Shown piece by piece: positions 58,010-64,000 of a stretch of DNA of 64,000 bases (position 1 is its first letter; every line of letters starts with the position of its first letter). The notes beneath the pieces were generated by a model that saw only the letters and a program-made list of their open reading frames with translations, ran no database searches and was not told the DNA's origin. This stretch comes from an uncultured virus (IMG/VR IMGVR_UViG_3300028840_007457) (lineage: Duplodnaviria; Heunggongvirae; Uroviricota; Caudoviricetes): IMG/VR virus record IMGVR_UViG_3300028840_007457. One strand, 5' to 3'. The translations under genes were made by a program, and so were the position numbers.

Positions 58010-58339
58010 TTGACTCGTTTACGTTGTACACTTTGTGAGTGGACCCAAGATCATTTTTGGGATCAAACTCTTCACAACCCCATTAAAAATCTTCTCTCGC
58101 TTGAAAAAGATCTATTAGAAAAAGATTTAGATGAAATTGTTAAAGGAGATAATGAAGGTAAACGTCCTCCTCTTCCCAGACGAACGCTAATTGCTATGCT
58201 CATGCAAAAAGCCTCTTCTAAGGTATTGTCTATGAAGTGGAGAACCTACGATGAATGGAAAAATGATCCTCATCCCTATTGTCCACAATGTGACGCTGAA
58301 TTAGAACTACACGGAACAGATTCTGAATTAGGAGACTAA
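58010..58339 (+). CDS. Hypothetical zinc-binding protein
   Basis: AGGTG RBS; CTLC...CPQC. Confidence 0.6.
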   Translation: MTRLRCTLCEWTQDHFWDQTLHNPIKNLLSLEKDLLEKDLDEIVKGDNEGKRPPLPRRTLIAMLMQKASSKVLSMKWRTYDEWKNDPHPYCPQCDAELELHGTDSELGD

Positions 58340-58340
58340 T

Positions 58341-59279
58341 TTGCTTCCCGTACCTACCGTCGAAAATATCGATAAAGACATACTTTCCGGTTTTAAAGCA
58401 ATCCGAGAGGGGGAAAGAGAGTTAGACTATCCAGTTTTTACTGAGGTGCGTGCCAGCTCCATGCCTATTTGCCCCCGAGCTATTCATATTTCTAGAAGAT
58501 TACCCAGGAAAAAAAGACCTTCTAAAACGGAAAAATTCGTCAGTGAAGCCTCTACCCTCATGGGTACAGCTCTTCATCTTGTTCTTCAAAAATGGTTCGC
58601 TATCATGTTCCCAGATTCCTTTTATGGAAATTGGGAATGTCTTTTTTGTAAAACTTTAATTAAACACAAAGCTGGAATTCAAATCTGCCCCTCGTGTGGG
58701 CGAGAAATGATCTACAAAGAATACTTTATTAAAAAGCAGAAAGGCATACCTTTTGACGGACACGTTGACGGTATTTTAAGATTCCCAGATGCTAATTATC
58801 TTTTGGACTACAAAGGTTCTTACCAGGAAAAAATGCGCTCTATTCGTATTGAGAGAAGACCAGTTAGGGGTCATTTTTATCAAACAAACAGTTACGCTTG
58901 TGCTATCAATACTGGTAAGGTACCTGTTGGAAAACTGGGTAAAATTAGTAAAATCATCATTATCTATATAGAAAGAGGGAAACCTCACCGCTTGTGGTAT
59001 CCCATGCAAGTAAGTGTAGATAAAAACGCCTATAAGCAGACAAAACAGTACATTCGTCTAGGAAATAGAAGTCTTAAAGATTTGGTGCTTCCACGTGGAT
59101 TTTGCATGGGACCAAAAGATGAAATTGGACGCTGGTGTATTTGGAATCCTATCTGTTTTTCTCCTACGTTAGAAGATAAATTAAGTGACCGTGTTTACCC
59201 TGAAAAGAAATTTAAACCCAAGCGTACTGAGCTTCTTCCTCTTTTGCTCGATTCAGAGAATATGAAAAATCAGAGCTAA
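58341..59279 (+). CDS. Cas4-like PD-(D/E)XK exonuclease with Fe-S-type Cys motif and Zn-ribbon insert
   Basis: RASSMPICPR, GTALH, GHVDG, LLDYKG, QTNSY, C-terminal C...C...C; insert CLFC...CPSC. Confidence 0.8.
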   Translation: MLPVPTVENIDKDILSGFKAIREGERELDYPVFTEVRASSMPICPRAIHISRRLPRKKRPSKTEKFVSEASTLMGTALHLVLQKWFAIMFPDSFYGNWECLFCKTLIKHKAGIQICPSCGREMIYKEYFIKKQKGIPFDGHVDGILRFPDANYLLDYKGSYQEKMRSIRIERRPVRGHFYQTNSYACAINTGKVPVGKLGKISKIIIIYIERGKPHRLWYPMQVSVDKNAYKQTKQYIRLGNRSLKDLVLPRGFCMGPKDEIGRWCIWNPICFSPTLEDKLSDRVYPEKKFKPKRTELLPLLLDSENMKNQS

Positions 59280-59293
59280 GAGGTAATGTCCAC

Positions 59294-59608
59294 ATGTCTA
59301 ATCTGTCTCCACCATCTGTTTTGGAGGAAAATCTTTTAGAAAATCTTAGAAATTTGGATAGAATTGGGGATTTGGATCCAACCATTTTGGTCCAGCTTCT
59401 TTTTTCTTTTTTGGCAGAAGAAATTGGTGACTTAGAAGTCAATCAAACTAGACTTGGAGATTTGTATATTTTGAATTTTGTAGTGGGAGAAAATAATAAG
59501 GCTAAAATTATTGGTAAAAAGGGTCACATACTGAAAGCTGTGTGCAGTATTTGTAAAGCTTATTTTAAGACCCGAGGAAAAGATGTAGTTATTAATGTTA
59601 AAGATTAA
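59294..59608 (+). CDS. KhpA-like single KH-domain RNA-binding protein
   Basis: V...NKAKIIGKKGHILKAVCSI (GxxG loop); KhpA-like size. Confidence 0.7.
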   Translation: MSNLSPPSVLEENLLENLRNLDRIGDLDPTILVQLLFSFLAEEIGDLEVNQTRLGDLYILNFVVGENNKAKIIGKKGHILKAVCSICKAYFKTRGKDVVINVKD

Positions 59609-60288
59609 CGGAATTTAGTAAAACTGGCAGAACGTTTATTAGCAGCAACTTGAGCTTCTTTCTCTTCTAACGCTTGCATTTTATCTAAAGCGGGGTTACC
59701 GTGTTGGGTAAGAGCCCATTTTTGCGCTTTGAAAAGATGCTTACAGAGGTAGGGTATTTTAAGAGGATTGGTAACGTTGGGTTGTTCACCATTTGAGTTT
59801 TTAATGCTAGAACTATCTAAACCACTCAAAACGGTTTCGAGCACAAATTTAAAATTTTCGCAAGAACACCATACCCAAACAGGGGTATCAACACTAATAG
59901 GTCCATAAAATCGAATCAAGGATTTGTGTTTTCTTCCGGAACCACCAGAAGCTTTAGAGGAAACACTGTAAACACGGGCTTGATTATAAAATGTCTTATA
60001 CTTATAATAAGTACGTCGGAAGCCATCCATGGAACCAGCTTCAAAATGTCTTTCAACTAATCTAACACCGTATGATCTTTCTCTTATACTGTCTGGAGTA
60101 GCAATAACCAGCTCTTTAAGAGTCATCTCAGGAAGATCTTGACTCTTATACTTTAACTTCCCAGCTGCTAAATGCAGGGCTTGAGCGTATTTTAGAATAT
60201 CTTGTCTAGGCATTTTGATTTCCTTCTTTGTTAAAGAGTAACTAAGAAACTTAGGAGATACCATCTTTGTCTTCCTCTTCTGATGCAA
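59605..60288 (-). CDS. SWIM-type zinc-finger protein
   Basis: VWCSCENF...LCKHL; probable start MPRQDIL. Confidence 0.7.
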   Translation of the reverse strand: MHQKRKTKMVSPKFLSYSLTKKEIKMPRQDILKYAQALHLAAGKLKYKSQDLPEMTLKELVIATPDSIRERSYGVRLVERHFEAGSMDGFRRTYYKYKTFYNQARVYSVSSKASGGSGRKHKSLIRFYGPISVDTPVWVWCSCENFKFVLETVLSGLDSSSIKNSNGEQPNVTNPLKIPYLCKHLFKAQKWALTQHGNPALDKMQALEEKEAQVAANKRSASFTKFR

Positions 60289-61589
60289 CCTGGAAAGTAT
60301 TTAACCAGATTGCTAAAAAAGTGCTTGCTCAACACAATATCGAAGGGGATGATCTTAAAGATGTATTTTTAGAAATAGAGCAGTACATTTTTTACGCTCT
60401 TGATTTAATTATACAACATACTAGTTTTGTGGAAGATAATCTGTGTTATCTTCTTAGTGAAATAGCTACAGGAATAATAAAAAGCAGAAAAGTATATAAA
60501 GGAAAAAGAACTAAAAAAAGGGTAACCGTTGGACCTTTTGCAGATATGGGAATTGAAAATTACCGAATTTTGTCTGCGGGTTTTGATCTTTTTAAACTTT
60601 CCCGGTGCCCTCGAAAAGAAGCTGCTCCTCGTGTGAAACGTGTAGTTCGTTCAATTAAACTAGGTACTCATGTCTACGAAAATATTGTGAAAGCCTTTGT
60701 AAATAAAACCGAACCTTATATAGGTTTAGTAGAAGACTTATTATTCACCCAATTAAAAAACGAAAACAATAGTAAGATCGAGGAATTGGAATTACAGATA
60801 ATTGATTTGGAAAAAAGTGTGGGTTGTTGTGATCCAGATAACCTATATGGGGTAGTGAGTTTAGTGCGAAGAGTTTTAAATAGAATTTGCAATCTTCAAG
60901 AAAAAATTATTCGTGCTTATCAAAAAATGATTCTTAAGCCTGCTAGAAGGAAATCACGTTCTGAAAATGAAGCACTAGAAAATTTTCAAGCGGGAAGTTT
61001 AGGATTAGCACACGCAGTTTCTGTTTTTGACTTAGACAATAATTCATCTTTTCCATCTTTTGCAAATTACTGGATTAATCAAAAAATACTAGGCTTCTTA
61101 AAAAGAAAAGGCCCTCTTATTAAATTGAGCTGGTCTACATGGGAAAGCTATCTACTCATACGTCGTGCGGAAAAGAAGTTTGAAGATGATCCCATTAAAC
61201 GATACAGTTATACAGATTCTGATATTGCCAAAGAACTAAATAAAAGTATTCGTAGTATTCGTAAAGTACGAGAAAAGGTTCAAACTGTTAAAGTTGTTCC
61301 TTTAGATGATGTGGTACGAAACCAAGACGGAACTGATTCCAACCTTGTAAAAGGAGAGACACTGATAGACACTAGTTTTGAAAAAACAGAGGAATTGGAA
61401 AATTATCGAAAATTGTTTAAGAATATTCTTCAGAATCTTTCTCCTTTGGAGAAAAAAGTAGTTTGTTTGAGATTTGGATTAATTGATGAACTTAAAAATG
61501 TTAAATTAAATGAGGTGGAAGTAGCAAAAGAACTACTAAGGCAAACGGCATGTAAAGCTGCTGCCTATGTGTATTTAACTCACAAATAA
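60267..61589 (+). CDS. Phage sigma70-family RNA polymerase sigma factor
   Basis: Region 2 ENFQAGSLGLAHAVSVFD...FPSFANYWINQKI; region 3 DSDIAKEL; region 4 start LSPLEKKVVCLRFGL. Confidence 0.85.
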   Translation: MSSSSDATWKVFNQIAKKVLAQHNIEGDDLKDVFLEIEQYIFYALDLIIQHTSFVEDNLCYLLSEIATGIIKSRKVYKGKRTKKRVTVGPFADMGIENYRILSAGFDLFKLSRCPRKEAAPRVKRVVRSIKLGTHVYENIVKAFVNKTEPYIGLVEDLLFTQLKNENNSKIEELELQIIDLEKSVGCCDPDNLYGVVSLVRRVLNRICNLQEKIIRAYQKMILKPARRKSRSENEALENFQAGSLGLAHAVSVFDLDNNSSFPSFANYWINQKILGFLKRKGPLIKLSWSTWESYLLIRRAEKKFEDDPIKRYSYTDSDIAKELNKSIRSIRKVREKVQTVKVVPLDDVVRNQDGTDSNLVKGETLIDTSFEKTEELENYRKLFKNILQNLSPLEKKVVCLRFGLIDELKNVKLNEVEVAKELLRQTACKAAAYVYLTHK

Positions 61590-61659
61590 ACTAAAATCCA
61601 ACTTTGTTAAAATAGAGACAGAAGAAACCAAAAAACCAAAACCTGTGAGGTGATTTTAA

Positions 61660-63120
61660 ATGTCAGACTACAGAGGCGGTAGAATGGGATTCGATGACGA
61701 TCCCGCTGAAAGCCAGAAAAAATGGTACACACAATTTTCTTACATTGATCCCCCTGATGCTGAAGAAACTAAAGAAGTGCGTCCTGCTGGAGGAATGTAT
61801 CCTGTTGCGCAGCATTGGATTAGGTTTAAAAAAGAAGGAGGAGGGTGGGGTAGTTTTGCAATTGTATGTCCCGATTACGATAGAGTAGCTCGTAAATTTA
61901 AAAGTGGTTCGGAATCTGTATGTCCTATCCATAGGGATTTTCAGTCTGAAAAACTTCCTGATAAACTTAAATTCTATGCTTCATTTAGATATTATTTTGA
62001 TGCTTTTGATATTCAAAAAATTAAAGATGGTGCTAGAAGGGGTAAGCTGTTTGGAGTAATTAGTTGTAATAAATATGGTCGAAAAGATATTACTAAAATA
62101 GGAAAACAGATTAGACGTCCTGTTGACGATTTAAAGAAAGGTATGACTTTATTTTGGATGCACGATGATGATGCTGGAGATGCTAAAGAGAAAGATAGTT
62201 TTTCTAAAGGGGATCCTTTTAAAATTAAGTGGATTAAAAAGAAGGGTCTTTATTTGTTAGAATATGAGGGGAATAAAATTTATGGGGAGCCAACTCCTTA
62301 TGAAGAGATTGTCCCAATTCCAGATCCAGAGGAAATTGAGGAAACTTTAACCCGTGTCGGCTGTTACGACTTGCTTGAGGAGGCATTAGGTAAAATGGCA
62401 AAGAAGTCCAAAAAGAAGCCTACCAAGACGTCTAAGCGTAAGGGACGTGCTGAGTATGACGAGGATGACGACGACGAAGATCTGGATAGCGAATATGAAG
62501 ACGATGAAGATGAGGAAGAGTACGAGGAGGATGAAGACGAGGAAGAGTACGATGACGACGATGATGACGACGACGATGATGACGACGATGATGATTTAGA
62601 TGACGACGATGAAGATGAAGACGATGATGATTTAGATGACGACGATGAAGATGAAGACGATGAAGATGAAGACGATGATGATGATGATGAAGACGATGAC
62701 GACGACGACGATGATGACGACGACGATGATGATGAAGACGATGACGACGACGACGATGATGATTTAGATGACGACGATGATGACGACGATGACGACGACG
62801 ATGATGACGACGATGATGACGACGATGATGACGACGATGATGACGACGATGATGACGATGATGACGACGATGATGACGACGATGATGACGACGATGATGA
62901 CGACGATGATGACGACGACGATGACGACGATGATGATGATGATGATGACGATGATGACGATGATGATGACGACGACGATGATGACGAAGAACCAGCGCCT
63001 AAGAAACGTAGGTATAGTAAGAAGCGCAAAGATGCCAAAAAGAAAAAGGCAGCTCCGAAAAAGCGTGGACGTCCAAAGGGCAGCAAAAATAAGAAAACTA
63101 AAAAGAAGCGCAAGAAATAG
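61660..63120 (+). CDS. gp32-like single-stranded DNA-binding protein with long acidic tract and AT-hook tail
   Basis: HW...CP...CPIH...RYY core; ~180-codon D/E tract; KKRGRPKGSKNK; upstream of recA-like gene. Confidence 0.6.
   Translation: MSDYRGGRMGFDDDPAESQKKWYTQFSYIDPPDAEETKEVRPAGGMYPVAQHWIRFKKEGGGWGSFAIVCPDYDRVARKFKSGSESVCPIHRDFQSEKLPDKLKFYASFRYYFDAFDIQKIKDGARRGKLFGVISCNKYGRKDITKIGKQIRRPVDDLKKGMTLFWMHDDDAGDAKEKDSFSKGDPFKIKWIKKKGLYLLEYEGNKIYGEPTPYEEIVPIPDPEEIEETLTRVGCYDLLEEALGKMAKKSKKKPTKTSKRKGRAEYDEDDDDEDLDSEYEDDEDEEEYEEDEDEEEYDDDDDDDDDDDDDDDLDDDDEDEDDDDLDDDDEDEDDEDEDDDDDDEDDDDDDDDDDDDDDEDDDDDDDDDLDDDDDDDDDDDDDDDDDDDDDDDDDDDDDDDDDDDDDDDDDDDDDDDDDDDDDDDDDDDDDDDDDDDDDDDDDEEPAPKKRRYSKKRKDAKKKKAAPKKRGRPKGSKNKKTKKKRKK
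62452..62991 (+). repeat. GAY/GAR trinucleotide low-complexity tract (poly-Asp/Glu)
   Basis: Runs of GAT/GAC, often as GATGATGACGAC units. Confidence 0.95.
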
Positions 63121-63226
63121 TCCAACTTGCTATGGTTATTATCGTGAAAAACCACGGTGCAAAAAGTGTATCTGGTTAGCTCCTTGTGTGGATTTAAACA
63201 CGATACTGCTTTCAATCAAACGATAA
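63032..63226 (+). CDS. Possible small Cys4 protein overlapping the SSB 3' end (+1 frame)
   Basis: MPKRKRQ...CYGYYREKPRCKKCIWLAPC. Confidence 0.4.
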   Translation: MPKRKRQLRKSVDVQRAAKIRKLKRSARNSPTCYGYYREKPRCKKCIWLAPCVDLNTILLSIKR

Positions 63227-63259
63227 TAATTTGTAGATAAAAGAACCAGATTACTGGCG

Positions 63260-63625
63260 ATGGTACGCAGTTGGAAATATACAGGAACCTGGAATGATGC
63301 TAAGACTTTACATCAGCGTTCTTGTTTAGAAGTACCGTGGTATATTCCAAGTGCTTTATCATCGCTAGGTGAATCTTTTATTCTTTATTTATTTAGTGAT
63401 AATCCTATTAGTAAACATTTTACTACTGTTATTGATAATTTTTTAGTTAGAGAAAACCATCAAAATAATCTAATTGTAGCAGTAAATGTAAAGTCAGAAG
63501 AGATACTAAATTACTTTTCTGTTTCGATACTACCACAATTAAGAATTTTTTATGTTGGGAAAGAAATATCACGGCATCACGGTACTAAAAGTTATGACGA
63601 ACTTTATAAGTTATTAGTTTCGTAA
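63260..63625 (+). CDS. Thioredoxin-fold protein lacking CxxC
   Basis: VAVNV...FSVSILPQLRIFYVGKEISRHHG. Confidence 0.6.
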   Translation: MVRSWKYTGTWNDAKTLHQRSCLEVPWYIPSALSSLGESFILYLFSDNPISKHFTTVIDNFLVRENHQNNLIVAVNVKSEEILNYFSVSILPQLRIFYVGKEISRHHGTKSYDELYKLLVS

Positions 63626-63648
63626 CAAAATGAAAAGGTACAAAATTC

Positions 63649-64000
63649 ATGGGAGCCAAGAAACCCGTCTTTGCATTTCATCCAGCAATTGCAGCCATTA
63701 ATGCTTTTAAAGCTGTTAAAGGTTTGGATTGTGCTCCTCTTAAAGAGGCTAGACGAGTACACAATACTGTATCTTCTGGTAGCCTTTCTATAGATTTAAT
63801 TTTAGGGGGTGGATTTCCTTCAGGAAAATTTGTAACTATTTTCGGGCCAGAAGGTTGTGGGAAGAGTACACTATTGCAGGAATTAATTGTTAGTTGTCAA
63901 ATGAATTTTATTACTGTAGTTCATTATGATTTTGAAAGTGGATCTGATCCGGTTTACATGAGTAATCAAGGTATCGATCTAGATCACAGCATTGTTTTGC
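63649..64000 (+). CDS. recA: RecA/UvsX recombinase (partial, runs off window end)
   Basis: Manual translation: SSGSLSIDLILGGGFPSGKFVTIFGPEGCGKSTL...HYDFE. Confidence 0.9.
   Translation, partial: MGAKKPVFAFHPAIAAINAFKAVKGLDCAPLKEARRVHNTVSSGSLSIDLILGGGFPSGKFVTIFGPEGCGKSTLLQELIVSCQMNFITVVHYDFESGSDPVYMSNQGIDLDHSIVL

Noticed and set aside
62364..63215. Poly-Ser (minus) and Met/Thr-rich (+1) ORFs
   Set aside because: Shadow frames of the GAY poly-Asp tract.
1..64000. Stop-codon reassignment
   Set aside because: Long genes are intact under code 11 and TAA, TAG and TGA all end genes at tight junctions.

Overview
AT-rich segment of a large myovirus-like (probably jumbo) bacteriophage genome, standard genetic code. 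1-26.4 kb (minus strand) is a tail/baseplate module: two tail-collar-like paralogs, a 1801-aa structural protein, baseplate J-like, gp25-like and spike-like proteins, a 1797-aa hub with an M23 peptidase, and a fibre with a C-terminal chaperone-like domain. 27.06-27.49 kb is an ORF-free, highly structured element behind a near-consensus sigma70 promoter (candidate new ncRNA). 29-51.5 kb encodes replication/nucleotide genes (NYN protein, UvrD, clamp-like, 5'-3' exonuclease, DnaB-like, SF2 helicase, class II RNR, RuvC-like resolvase, primase) mixed with neck/head-completion-like genes. 51.5-55.3 kb is an early-type cluster of small Cys-rich ORFs. It leads into a 584-aa Cas12m-like (type V-M/V-U1) effector with an intact D-E-D RuvC triad and a 7-repeat CRISPR array. 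Directly after the array lie four sequence-divergent but structure-conserved repeat-like units with compensatory stem changes, the most striking signal in the window. The window ends with a Cas4-like nuclease, KhpA-like KH protein, SWIM protein, sigma70-type factor, a gp32-like SSB with a 180-codon acidic tract plus AT-hook, and a truncated RecA/UvsX. All family calls are by eye from motifs; no database searches were run.
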